Source: Candidatus Abzuiibacterium crystallinum
GTDB taxonomy: Bacteria > Omnitrophota > Omnitrophia > Omnitrophales > Abzuiibacteriaceae
Assembly: GCA_002787155.1 (NCBI GenBank)
Contig: PCVY01000065.1
Coordinates: 65,286-129,285 of the forward strand
Direction of reading: 5' to 3'
DNA length: 64,000 nucleotides
Shown here: positions 38,919-48,191 of the stretch, one piece after another
How the letters are laid out: each line of letters begins with the position of its first letter
Position numbering within the stretch: the first letter of the stretch is position 1
The notes under the pieces: generated by a model
Databases searched by the model: none
Seen by the model: only the letters and a program-made list of their open reading frames with translations
Told to the model about the DNA's origin: nothing
Position numbers and translations under genes: made by a program

Positions 38919-39569
38919 TTATTTTTTTTGTCTCAGTTTCGTGATTTGGTCATCTTCGCCTACGACAATCATAACATCATCCGGTTGAAACTGATACTTA
39001 GGTTCCGGCACAACTTTCAAGTTGCCCTTAAGCGGGTTTTTGACGGCCAAAACATGAAATCCATAACGGTTTCTGAGATCCAATGCCTCGATGGATTTCC
39101 CGATAAATTCCTGCGGCACCGCTACTTCTACTACGCTTTTATCCTCGCTCAACCGCACAACATCAAGCACATCGGGAGAAACGAGGCTTGAAACCAGCCG
39201 GATGGCTTCATCCCGTTCGGGAAAAACCACTTGATGCGCCCCGATAATTTTTAAAATTTTACCGTGGTCATCGCTAATGGCTTTCGCAATGATCCGCTTA
39301 GTACCGAGATCTTTCAAATGATGTGTTACCAAAACACTGGCATCAACAATATCACCCAAAGAAACCACCACTACGTCCATATCCCGCGCAAACTTCTCCA
39401 ACAAATCACGGTCCTTGGCATTCCCGATAACTACTTGCCCAACGTTGTCTTTCAGATCATCCAGCTTTTCCTGATCGATGTCGATTAAGACCACTTCGCA
39501 TTCTTTTGCCGCCATCTCCACAGCAACCGTCGCTCCGAAATTACCCGCACCAATCACCAATGCTTTCAT
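38919..39569 (-). CDS. trkA: Potassium uptake protein TrkA/KtrA (NAD-binding RCK domain)
   Basis: Rossmann motif VIGAGNFG plus a C-terminal RCK_C domain. It is adjacent to trkH. Confidence 0.8.
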   Translation of the reverse strand: MKALVIGAGNFGATVAVEMAAKECEVVLIDIDQEKLDDLKDNVGQVVIGNAKDRDLLEKFARDMDVVVVSLGDIVDASVLVTHHLKDLGTKRIIAKAISDDHGKILKIIGAHQVVFPERDEAIRLVSSLVSPDVLDVVRLSEDKSVVEVAVPQEFIGKSIEALDLRNRYGFHVLAVKNPLKGNLKVVPEPKYQFQPDDVMIVVGEDDQITKLRQKK

Positions 39570-39594
39570 ATTGCTTCTCCTCTCATCATTGATC

Positions 39595-40950
39595 TTATCC
39601 GATTACCACTTCTTCTTCCGCATATTCATAACTGGGTCCCCGTTTACGAGCCCAAAAAGCCAGCCCTAAGGTAAGCGGCCCGATACGTCCGACAAACATC
39701 AAAAAAATCGTCAATAACTTGCCCGGCGCAGACAGAACAGGCGTCACGCCGGTTGACAAACCGACGGTACCAAAAGCTGAGGTTGCCTCAAAAAAAAGAT
39801 CCAGAAAACCTCCTTTCGAAGCGGTATGAGAAATGCCGATGTGCTCTGTCACCTGATAAAGAAGGGTAGCGATACTAATTAAAACCAAAGCACTTGCAAA
39901 AACAGCTACCGCCCGCCCTACATTTTCTCTTGCAACATTGCGCCGAAAAATGGAAGCGGTGACTTTGCCCCGCATGTGGTTACGCACAAGTGCCGCTAAC
40001 ACCGCAAAGGTCGATACCTTGATACCGCCCGCGGTAGAACTGGGACAGCCTCCGATAAACATATAAAACACGATAAAGAAAAGGGTAGCGTTGGTCAAAG
40101 AAGCCGTGTGGATCGTGTTCAGACCTGCCGTGCGTGAAGTAACGGAAAGGAAAAAAGCGTTTATAATCTGTTCGTGCATCTTTAAGCCCAATAATAAATT
40201 TTGTCTTTCAAACAACCAAACTACCAAAGCACCCAATACAATTAAAACCGCACTGGTTACAAGGCAAATCCGTGTGTGTAAGCTGAGGCGCATGCGTTCT
40301 CCGTGCATGCGTTTGAACATCCACACCCGAAGCTCGTCAACTAGCATAAAACCAAGACCGCCCAGCACAATTAAGATCATAATGACCGACGGCAGATAAA
40401 TTTCTTTTTGAAAATGCATTAAACTATCTTCATACAAACTAAATCCTGCGTTACAAAAGGCGGATACCGCATGAAAAATAGACGAATAAAGTGCATAGGG
40501 CGCCGCATGGATCTCTTGAAGCCGAATATAAAGCAATGCTGCGCCCAATGTTTCAAAAGAGATCGTCATAAGAAAAACTGCTACTAAGACTGCTAATAAA
40601 TTACGTTTGTCGCCACGGTGAGGCTGGAATCCGACAGCATAGCGCGACGTCAATGTGACGCTGCGCCTTGCGACCAGCATGAAGAAAACGGAAAATGTCA
40701 TGATACCGAGTCCGCCGGCTTGCATCAAAGCAAGAATAATCAGCTGGCCGAATCGCGTCAGTTCCGTTCCAATATTAACAACACTCAAGCCGGTCACGCA
40801 AACCGCCGAGGTCGCCATAAAAAAAGCGTCTAGCCAACTAAGCGGCGCCTCGGCACTTGCATTTGGAAACATCAAAAGCAACGTGCCAAAGGCAATCACA
40901 CCTAAAAAGCTGAATGCAATCGTTTTGGCTGGGTTTAAGGTTGCTGTCAT
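39595..40950 (-). CDS. trkH: Potassium transporter TrkH/KtrB family
   Basis: 451-aa polytopic protein with repeated M1PM2 selectivity-filter-like GxG segments (TGLS, AGGL, GGCPSSTAGG, VGLSTG). Confidence 0.8.
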   Translation of the reverse strand: MTATLNPAKTIAFSFLGVIAFGTLLLMFPNASAEAPLSWLDAFFMATSAVCVTGLSVVNIGTELTRFGQLIILALMQAGGLGIMTFSVFFMLVARRSVTLTSRYAVGFQPHRGDKRNLLAVLVAVFLMTISFETLGAALLYIRLQEIHAAPYALYSSIFHAVSAFCNAGFSLYEDSLMHFQKEIYLPSVIMILIVLGGLGFMLVDELRVWMFKRMHGERMRLSLHTRICLVTSAVLIVLGALVVWLFERQNLLLGLKMHEQIINAFFLSVTSRTAGLNTIHTASLTNATLFFIVFYMFIGGCPSSTAGGIKVSTFAVLAALVRNHMRGKVTASIFRRNVARENVGRAVAVFASALVLISIATLLYQVTEHIGISHTASKGGFLDLFFEATSAFGTVGLSTGVTPVLSAPGKLLTIFLMFVGRIGPLTLGLAFWARKRGPSYEYAEEEVVIG

Positions 40951-41054
40951 AAAAAGACCATGGAATAAAGATGAGGGACGGTTTTTTTCAGGAACCGTCC
41001 CTATTTTTCTTTTACACCATTAAGTGATGACTTATGTTCTGGTGCACTTGTCAT

Positions 41055-43160
41055 TTAAAACAAATGATTCTGAGCAACAAATGATGCCAAGACAATGGCA
41101 ACCATCGACATCAATTTAATCAAGATGTTGAGAGAAGGCCCGGCTGTGTCTTTAAAAGGATCTCCTACCGTGTCACCCACGACCGCAGCTTTATGCGCGG
41201 AGGATCCTTTGCCGCCAAAATTACCTGCTTCAATATGCTTTTTCGCATTATCCCATGCGCCGCCGGCACTGGCCATCATGATGGCCAGTACAAATCCGCA
41301 CACGATACTCCCTAAAAGTAATCCGATGGTTGCTTCCACACCAAACAACCATCCAATAACAGCAGGCGCCAACAACGCTAGAATAGAAGGCAGCACCATT
41401 TCTTTTTGAGCTGCTTTGGTCACAATATCAACGCAGCGTCCGTTATCGGCCTCGGCTTTACCTTCAAGCAATCCTTTGATTTCTTTGAATTGGCGCCTGA
41501 CTTCTACGACCACCTGCTGAGCCGCGCGCCCCACCGCATCCATGGTTAAAGCACAAAAAACAAAGGGCAGCATGGCGCCGATAAAAAGCCCTACGATAAA
41601 ATTTGGATTTGTAATCGATAAACTCACCTGAAAACCCATTTTGATCACGAGATCTCGATAAGCAACCACTAATGCCAAAGCAGTCAAAGCAGCAGAACCG
41701 ATGGCAAAACCTTTTCCGGTAGCGGCTGTCGTATTGCCCAAACTATCAAGCGCGTCTGTTCGTTCCCTGACCTTCGGATCTAAATTCGCCATTTGTGCAT
41801 TGCCGCCGGCATTATCGGCAATCGGCCCATAAGCATCGGACGCTAATGTAATACCGAGTGTCGAAAGCATCCCCACTGCTGCGATCGCAATGCCGTAAAG
41901 ACCTTTTTCAAATTCCAGCTTGCCTCCTGAAAAATAGAAAGCAGCTAAAATACCAACAGCCACAAAAATAACAACCGGTGCTGTTGAAAGAAATCCGACG
42001 CCCAAACCGCGAATAATAACGGTAGCCGGTCCGGTTTGTGCACTTTCGGAAATAGAACGCGTCGGCCCATAAGTGTCCGAGGTAAAATACTCAGTGGCGA
42101 AACTAATGAGAAGCCCGACTACAAGACCCGTCACAATAGCCCAGAAGATTCCAATATTTTCCGCACCCATGACGTGGCGAACCATAAAAAATGAAAATAA
42201 AACGATAAACCCGCTGCTCGCAATAACACCGCTTCTGAGCGCTTTCAACAACTCGCCTTGATTGACGGTTTCTTTTGTTCTCACAAAGAAAAATCCGATG
42301 ATGGAAGCTAAAATGCCGCAAGCGGCAATACCGATCGGAAGCAGCATGCCGCTCAAACCAAAACCAGCGCTAACAGAAAGTGCTACCGCTGCAATAATAG
42401 AACCGATGTAGGATTCAAATAAGTCAGCGCCCATACCAGCCACATCACCAACGCAATCTCCGACGTTATCGGCAATGACCGCAGGGTTTCGGGGATCGTC
42501 TTCCGGAATGCCGGCTTCTACTTTCCCTACCAGATCGGCGCCAACATCCGCCGCTTTGGTAAAAATACCGCCGCCCACACGCGCAAAAAGTGCTTGAGAG
42601 CTAGCGCCGATTCCAAACGGCAGGATGGTTTGCGAAAGAAGAAGCAGGCGATCAGCTTCGGTTAATTCGCCGCTGCCCATGAAATAATGATTTAATGCGA
42701 AATACCAACCCGTCACATAAATGACCCCGAGGCCTACAACGGTAAAACCCATCACGGCACCGCCTGAGAAAGCGACGCGGAGGGCTTGATTTAAGCTGGT
42801 AATCGCCGCATGCGCTGTCCGGCTGCTGGAACTGGTTGCGATAGTCATTCCAATATATCCGGCTAAAGCCGAAAATAAACCGCCGATTAAAAACGCAAAT
42901 GGGACAAAAATAAGGAAGTATCCTTGTGAAGACAAATAAAGCAGGATAATAAAAACAACCGTGAAAAAAACAGACACCCCGATATATTGGCGGCGTAAAT
43001 ACGCGCGTGCACCCACTTTTACCGCATTGGCAATATGGCGCATTCGCTCATTGCCATCCGGACTCCAAAAAATGCGCATCATGAGATAAACTGAAAAACC
43101 CAGCGCCAAAAACCCGCTCAATAAGCCGCTCACGGCGAGCCAATCGGTTGTTATTTGCAT
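41055..43160 (-). CDS. hppA: Membrane-bound proton/sodium-translocating pyrophosphatase
   Basis: Diagnostic H+-PPase motifs GGG(I)[16 protein letters not shown] and DNVGDCVGD(V)[11 protein letters not shown]. 701 aa. Confidence 0.9.
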   Translation of the reverse strand: MQITTDWLAVSGLLSGFLALGFSVYLMMRIFWSPDGNERMRHIANAVKVGARAYLRRQYIGVSVFFTVVFIILLYLSSQGYFLIFVPFAFLIGGLFSALAGYIGMTIATSSSSRTAHAAITSLNQALRVAFSGGAVMGFTVVGLGVIYVTGWYFALNHYFMGSGELTEADRLLLLSQTILPFGIGASSQALFARVGGGIFTKAADVGADLVGKVEAGIPEDDPRNPAVIADNVGDCVGDVAGMGADLFESYIGSIIAAVALSVSAGFGLSGMLLPIGIAACGILASIIGFFFVRTKETVNQGELLKALRSGVIASSGFIVLFSFFMVRHVMGAENIGIFWAIVTGLVVGLLISFATEYFTSDTYGPTRSISESAQTGPATVIIRGLGVGFLSTAPVVIFVAVGILAAFYFSGGKLEFEKGLYGIAIAAVGMLSTLGITLASDAYGPIADNAGGNAQMANLDPKVRERTDALDSLGNTTAATGKGFAIGSAALTALALVVAYRDLVIKMGFQVSLSITNPNFIVGLFIGAMLPFVFCALTMDAVGRAAQQVVVEVRRQFKEIKGLLEGKAEADNGRCVDIVTKAAQKEMVLPSILALLAPAVIGWLFGVEATIGLLLGSIVCGFVLAIMMASAGGAWDNAKKHIEAGNFGGKGSSAHKAAVVGDTVGDPFKDTAGPSLNILIKLMSMVAIVLASFVAQNHLF

Positions 43161-43179
43161 ACGACTCTCCCTGTCATTA

Positions 43180-43209
43180 GGGGGCCAGACCCTAACCTGA
43201 CCCTCAGGT
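43180..43209. repeat. Family A palindromic element, copy 6 (variant)
   Basis: GGGGGCCAGACCCTAACCTGACCCTCAGG. Its reverse complement contains GGGTCAGGTTAGGGTCTG, identical to the core of copy 3. It lies downstream of cysK. Confidence 0.7.
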
Positions 43210-43256
43210 TACGAATTAAATTGGATTGATAAGAAAATTGTGGAACTCAGAAAAGT

Positions 43257-44210
43257 TCATGAAGCGCTAGCTTGCGCGATCTCCCGTACATCATCTGTTA
43301 AAGCTGTGCTCAGGTAACGTTCGCCAAAGCTGGGGATAATGACCACGATTAATTTACCTTTATTTTCGGCACGCTTTGCGACTTGTACAGCTGCGCAGAC
43401 GGCTGCTCCGGATGAAATGCCGACCAATAGACCTTCTTCTTTGGCAAGACGTCTTGCCCAAGCAATCGCATCCTCATTGGATATTTGGATAACTTCATCA
43501 ATGATTTTCGTATTCAAAATGTCGGGCACAAAACCGGCACCAATGCCTTGAATTTTATGCGGACCCGGAGCACCGCCCGACAAAACAGGAGAATCTTTCG
43601 GTTCTACTGCAATTGCCTTAAATGCGGGTTTCTTAAGTTTGATGACCTCCGAGACACCCGTAATGGTTCCACCCGTTCCGACTCCCGAAATCAGGATATC
43701 AACTTTACCGTCTGTGTCGTTCCAGATTTCATTCGCAGTGGTTTTTTTATGGATGTCAACGTTCGCAGGGTTTTTAAACTGCTGCGGCATAAATGAATTA
43801 GCTGTTTTAGAAACTAACTCTTCTGCCTTTTCAATAGCCCCCCTCATCCCCTTCGGCCCCGGTGTGAGGATTAATTCGGCGCCCAACAAACGGAGCAGGA
43901 CGCGTCTTTCAATACTCATCGTTTCAGGCATGGTCAAAATCAGACGATAGCCCTTCGCAGCACAAACAAAAGCAAGCGCAATACCCGTGTTGCCGCTGGT
44001 GGGCTCAATGACCACAAAACCTTTTTTAAGGATGCCCTTTTTTTCGGCGTCCTCAATCATATTAACGCCGATTCTGTCTTTGACGCTTGCCAAGGGATTA
44101 AAGAATTCGAGTTTGGCGGCTATGGTTGCCGCACAACCTTCGGTGACCCGGTTTAACCGGACCAATGGTGTGTTGCCTATGGTTTTGGTAATATCATCGT
44201 AAATCTTCAT
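43257..44210 (-). CDS. cysK: Cysteine synthase A (O-acetylserine sulfhydrylase)
   Basis: PLP-lysine motif ([10 protein letters not shown]) and the GTGGT(I)TG glycine loop. 317 aa. Confidence 0.9.
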   Translation of the reverse strand: MKIYDDITKTIGNTPLVRLNRVTEGCAATIAAKLEFFNPLASVKDRIGVNMIEDAEKKGILKKGFVVIEPTSGNTGIALAFVCAAKGYRLILTMPETMSIERRVLLRLLGAELILTPGPKGMRGAIEKAEELVSKTANSFMPQQFKNPANVDIHKKTTANEIWNDTDGKVDILISGVGTGGTITGVSEVIKLKKPAFKAIAVEPKDSPVLSGGAPGPHKIQGIGAGFVPDILNTKIIDEVIQISNEDAIAWARRLAKEEGLLVGISSGAAVCAAVQVAKRAENKGKLIVVIIPSFGERYLSTALTDDVREIAQASAS

Positions 44211-44263
44211 CGCTTACCTTTCTGTTATGAGACCAGACAGCCTTAAACACGGGAAATCAAATT

Positions 44264-44896
44264 TTATCGCTGATTAGAATGTTCGTCAATTAATTGCTTT
44301 AACACCTTCAGATGCTCCGCCATCAGCGGTTTTTTACGCGGGTCACGCAGAATATAAGCAGGATGATAAAGGACGATTAATTGAACTTGCGGAAAATGAG
44401 GGTGCGTAAAAGGTTTACCGACCGCTTCTGCCATTCCCGTTTGCGGCTTGCCCGAAATCATGTGTTTAAGCGACGTGGCACCTAAAAGACCGATCACCGT
44501 CGGGTTTAAAAGTGCAATTTGTTTGCGGAGAAAAGGCAAACATTGATCAACTTCTTCTTGCTTGGGAGCACGGTTTTCAGGTGGACGGCATTTGATGATA
44601 TTAGCAATGAGGGTATCCTGATTCGTATCAATGCCGGCTTCCAGCATCATTTGATCCATTAACTGACCTGCGCGCCCGACAAAAGCTCTTCCTTGTTTGT
44701 CCTCATTTTCACCGGGCGCTTCACCAATCAGAAGTGTGGCAGCTTGGGAATTGCCGCGATCAATAACGATATGCTGTCTGCCCTGTGATAAAGGACATTT
44801 TTGACAGTTAGAAGCAATCAGGGCCTGTTTGAATGCCTGGTAGGTTTTAGCTTCTAAGATTTGATTGGAAGTAGAGTCAAATAAATCAAACTGCAT
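44264..44896 (-). CDS. Uracil-DNA glycosylase, family 4 (Fe-S type)
   Basis: GEAPGENED and GRAGQLMD motifs, and HPAYILR near the C-terminus. Confidence 0.8.
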   Translation of the reverse strand: MQFDLFDSTSNQILEAKTYQAFKQALIASNCQKCPLSQGRQHIVIDRGNSQAATLLIGEAPGENEDKQGRAFVGRAGQLMDQMMLEAGIDTNQDTLIANIIKCRPPENRAPKQEEVDQCLPFLRKQIALLNPTVIGLLGATSLKHMISGKPQTGMAEAVGKPFTHPHFPQVQLIVLYHPAYILRDPRKKPLMAEHLKVLKQLIDEHSNQR

Positions 44897-44904
44897 CTTT
44901 TTTT

Positions 44905-44963
44905 AAGGGGACAACTCCCTTTTTCACTTTTCCATCTTTTTCAGAAAAAGGGAGTTGTCCCCT
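44905..44963. promoter_or_regulatory. 20-bp perfect inverted repeat AAGGGGACAACTCCCTTTTT (19-nt spacer) AAAAAGGGAGTTGTCCCCTT
   Basis: Seen directly in sequence. It lies between the stop of the small basic ORF and the UDG start codon, on the same strand, with T-rich flanks and a T-rich loop. Confidence 0.55.
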
Positions 44964-44975
44964 TACCCTTCACGA

Positions 44976-45149
44976 ATTATTTCAACAAAAGGCCCTGCCT
45001 TTTCAAAGCTTTCTTAATACGTGCCACCGCTTGGATGATGCTGTTGCCTTCTGTTAAGTTGTTCCGGCAGATGGCTGCATAACCGCGCCGATTTTTAATT
45101 TTGAAAGTTTTGACTTCCCGTTTTGAAATGGAGCGTAATGTTTTTGCCA
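44976..45149 (-). CDS. Unannotated 57-aa highly basic protein (MAKTLRSISKREVKTFKIKNRRGYAAICRNNLTEGNSIIQAVARIKKALKRQGLLLK)
   Basis: ATG with a strong SD (AAAGGAGG, 5-nt spacer). 16 Lys/Arg against 2 acidic residues. Not in the ORF track because it is under 60 aa. Likely a ribosome- or nucleic-acid-associated small protein. I could not confidently match it to bS20 or bS21. Confidence 0.55.
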
Positions 45150-45180
45150 TGGCGGCCTCCTTTTTAGTTTGGAAACAGAT

Positions 45181-46296
45181 CTAATTACCGAGAATCTTTT
45201 TGGAACTTTCTCCTCCGCCGAACTGAATCCCTTTCATGCTGAGCGATAACTCATGAGGTCTGTCACTGGCACGGTACATTTCAATTTCCGAAATTAATCC
45301 TTCATTTTTTAACCCAACCAAACTTTGATTGAGGGATTGCATACCGTCAGCTGCACCGCTTTGCATCACTTGTGTGAGTTTATCTAAACGCTGTTGACGA
45401 ACCATGTCGGCTACCATTTGTGTCATCGTCAAGATTTCAAAAGCAGGCACGTAACCATGCCCCCTGGCAATCGGAACAAGACGCTGGGTAGCAATCAGGT
45501 TTAAATTGTAAGAAATATCTACCAAGACCCGTGAACGTTCATCGGGCGGGAAGAAACTCAACAAGCGTTCAAACACATGCATGATACTTCTGGCATGGAC
45601 CGTTGAAATCACCAAACGGCCGATTTCGGCAGCTGCCATGGCGCTGATAAAGGTTTCCGCATCCCGAATTTCGCCGATAAAAATGACGTCCGGTGCCTGA
45701 CGCGTCGCAAAACGAAGCGCGCTCGCAAAGCCCGGCGTATCTTGGCCGACTTCGCGCTGATTGATCAAACTCCGTTTATTCACGTGCAAAAACTCAACCG
45801 GGTCTTCAATGGTGATAATATGCTTTTCAACATTTTGGTTGATTTGATTGATCATGGCATTCGCGGTTGTGCTTTTACCAGATGAGGCGGCGCCAGCAAT
45901 TAAAATTAAGCCGCGTTCTGCCAAAGCCCATTTTTTCAAAATGGGCGGGATGCGCAATGCTTCAAACGAGGGGATTTCCCGCCAAGCTACCCGAATCACA
46001 CAACTTAGTTGCCCTTGTTGATAAAAAAGATTGGCGCGCAAGCGCCCATGGCCTTCGATGGCAAATGACAAATCAACGCTTTTATCATGTTCTAATTGAT
46101 TCTTGTGATGCGCCTGCATTAAAAATTCTGCGATGCGGGTCATTTCTTCGTGCGTGGTTGTGTTGAGACCTTCAAACAAACGCAATTGGTTGGCCGAACG
46201 GAAGCAGGGCTTGGCATCTGTTTTAAGATACAAATCCGTCCCCTTATGGGTTTCCATATAATCCAAGCATTTCTTCAAATAATCATGCGCATTCAT
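45181..46296 (-). CDS. PilT/PilU-family hexameric ATPase (second paralog, atypical P-loop)
   Basis: Walker A GAASSGKST, Asp box ITIEDPVEF, Walker B VIFIGEIRD and His box LVISTVHA. It lacks the PilT-specific AIRNLIRE motif. Confidence 0.7.
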   Translation of the reverse strand: MNAHDYLKKCLDYMETHKGTDLYLKTDAKPCFRSANQLRLFEGLNTTTHEEMTRIAEFLMQAHHKNQLEHDKSVDLSFAIEGHGRLRANLFYQQGQLSCVIRVAWREIPSFEALRIPPILKKWALAERGLILIAGAASSGKSTTANAMINQINQNVEKHIITIEDPVEFLHVNKRSLINQREVGQDTPGFASALRFATRQAPDVIFIGEIRDAETFISAMAAAEIGRLVISTVHARSIMHVFERLLSFFPPDERSRVLVDISYNLNLIATQRLVPIARGHGYVPAFEILTMTQMVADMVRQQRLDKLTQVMQSGAADGMQSLNQSLVGLKNEGLISEIEMYRASDRPHELSLSMKGIQFGGGESSKKILGN

Positions 46297-46326
46297 GAGA
46301 AGGTATTCCGGTTTTTGGGATGAACT

Positions 46327-46560
46327 TTAAATTTCATAATCTGTGGGCTCTTCTTTTATCAAGCCGAACTTAATTCGATTCCAAATACGTTCGTGAACAA
46401 AATAGCCAAAGATCTTTGCGAGCGAATCTATGATACCAATGGTAGCGGAAAGTTTAAGTTCGCCCGTTACTATGAAGACCACGCCAAAAGTAAAAAGCGT
46501 GCCCATCGCTCTGTATGTAATGGCTTTGACAATGCTTCGTTTGTGCGTTTCGATAACCAC
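46327..46560 (-). CDS. DUF2061-family small membrane protein
   Basis: 77 aa with a KAITYR…TG motif and two TM helices. Confidence 0.5.
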   Translation of the reverse strand: MVIETHKRSIVKAITYRAMGTLFTFGVVFIVTGELKLSATIGIIDSLAKIFGYFVHERIWNRIKFGLIKEEPTDYEI

Positions 46561-46590
46561 GGGTTTTCTTTCCTATATACAACGTCACTT

Positions 46591-46851
46591 TTAGGAGATT
46601 CCTAACTTTTTATCCAACTGGCCGGATTCATCCAGCGCTTGTAACTCTTGAAATCCGCCGACAAAATCATCACCAATAAAAATTTGAGGCACGGTTTGGT
46701 GATTGGTTTTCTTAATCACAGCCGTCAAGGCAGAAGGATCCTTTGATGCGTTAATCTCCTCGAAAGCAACTTGTTTGTCTTCTAGAAGACGTTTAGCGGC
46801 TTGGCAGTACGGACAATAGTCTTTTGTATAAATTGTAACTTTAGGCATCAT
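46591..46851 (-). CDS. grxC: Glutaredoxin (Grx3-type)
   Basis: CPYC active site (YTKDYCPYCQAAK) and a TVPQIFI…GG glutathione-binding region. Confidence 0.85.
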   Translation of the reverse strand: MMPKVTIYTKDYCPYCQAAKRLLEDKQVAFEEINASKDPSALTAVIKKTNHQTVPQIFIGDDFVGGFQELQALDESGQLDKKLGIS

Positions 46852-46861
46852 TTCTATTATA

Positions 46862-48172
46862 TTACAAATACTGCCTCATGTAACGAAAAGGCGGCGTGAA
46901 GCGGCCATTCTGGGTAATCACAGCCCGCCGCAGTTCTCCCGGCAATGCCGCATGCTCTGTTATATCCAAAGCACCGTGCGCTGCAACCTGATAAACATAA
47001 TCCCTGATAAGAGCGCTGAAATCAACGCTGGCATCTTTGGGTAACTCACAGGGAAGGTTGTCCACGGCTAATACCGCGATACCTCTTCTCCAAAACCCGT
47101 CTTGAATTTGTCCGGTCTCGGGATGATAAGTATAAATGGGGTTTCCCGGTGTCGTGGTTTTCTTCGTGATTTCGATGGTACCGCTGACATCACAGGATAA
47201 ATCACCGATAAATACCAGCCTGGGCTTCTTTTTCTGACGAGTTAACTTTTTTATCATTTTTTCCGAAACCAGCCGCGGATAACGTTTAGTCCAATAGCTG
47301 GCATTGATTAACATATTGATGTGGGGCAAATATTGATCTAAGTTTGATTCAAATCGGTCGGGATATTCTAAATATTCTTCAAAATAAAACCCTTTTCGTT
47401 TTTTTGATCTTAATTTTTCTTCACGGTTAAAAACAATTTTATAAATTTGTTTGTTTCGTTTCTTTTGGTGTCGAATAAAAACCATGATATCTTTGGGATG
47501 AATTTCGATCGGCCTAAAGATATCTAATACTTCTTGCGCGCCTTGCGACACATTGCCGTGCCCTGTAATCCCTACGATAAAAGGCGTGATGGGAAGAGGA
47601 AATCCTTTCTTTCTGGTTTCACGGGCTACCCAACGCAAATGACGTCTCGCTTGTTTGTAGTCTTTGTAGTCCAATGCACGCCTCACATGCAGCAAGGGTG
47701 TTTCGATGCCTTGTGCTTCGTAACGTCTGCCCAAAAAATGCAAGCCGTCAATCATGCCGCAAATACCGGCAAATCGGCCAAAATAAACCAAACGTTGACG
47801 GCGCAGATCGACAATGTGTTCGTAGTCTATCAAGGTGATGCGTTGACGAAGGGCTTCGCGCAATAAGGGCCGATTCGCGGGTTGGCCTTTTGTGGTATGA
47901 GAAAAAACCATGTAAATCTTGCGGTTTAGAAGTTCTGCGGGAAGCGGTTCTTTAACGCCGATGAGTAATTTAGCTTGCTTAAAACGCGTCACGATTTTAG
48001 CGCCGGCCCGTTTGAATTCATGATCACGAAAAATTCTTAAAGAACTCGAAAGCACTTCAACCGGAATATGCCGTTCGACAAGCCATTTGACATCATGCGG
48101 TGTCAGGGGAGCTCGCCTTTCCCATCTATTTTTTGATTCGGCCAAAATACCAACGGTTAAAACTTGCCTCAC
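46862..48172 (-). CDS. LOR/SDH-family protein (AlaDH/PNT-like N-domain; saccharopine-dehydrogenase-like)
   Basis: The N-terminus (VGILAESKNRWERRAPLTP…VKEPLPAEL…VFSHTTKGQ…LIDYEHIVD) matches the AlaDH/PNT N-terminal domain pattern used by lysine-oxoglutarate reductase/saccharopine dehydrogenase-like proteins. The substrate is unknown. Confidence 0.5.
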   Translation of the reverse strand: MRQVLTVGILAESKNRWERRAPLTPHDVKWLVERHIPVEVLSSSLRIFRDHEFKRAGAKIVTRFKQAKLLIGVKEPLPAELLNRKIYMVFSHTTKGQPANRPLLREALRQRITLIDYEHIVDLRRQRLVYFGRFAGICGMIDGLHFLGRRYEAQGIETPLLHVRRALDYKDYKQARRHLRWVARETRKKGFPLPITPFIVGITGHGNVSQGAQEVLDIFRPIEIHPKDIMVFIRHQKKRNKQIYKIVFNREEKLRSKKRKGFYFEEYLEYPDRFESNLDQYLPHINMLINASYWTKRYPRLVSEKMIKKLTRQKKKPRLVFIGDLSCDVSGTIEITKKTTTPGNPIYTYHPETGQIQDGFWRRGIAVLAVDNLPCELPKDASVDFSALIRDYVYQVAAHGALDITEHAALPGELRRAVITQNGRFTPPFRYMRQYL

Positions 48173-48191
48173 AAATCACTCGACAATTTAA

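Noticed and set aside
44976-45149. Tried to assign the 57-aa basic ORF to bS21 (rpsU), bS20 (rpsT), bL33, bL32 or bL36
   Set aside because: Only a vague N-terminal resemblance to bS20 (MAN..S..KR), and the length is wrong. No confident family assignment is possible without a profile search.
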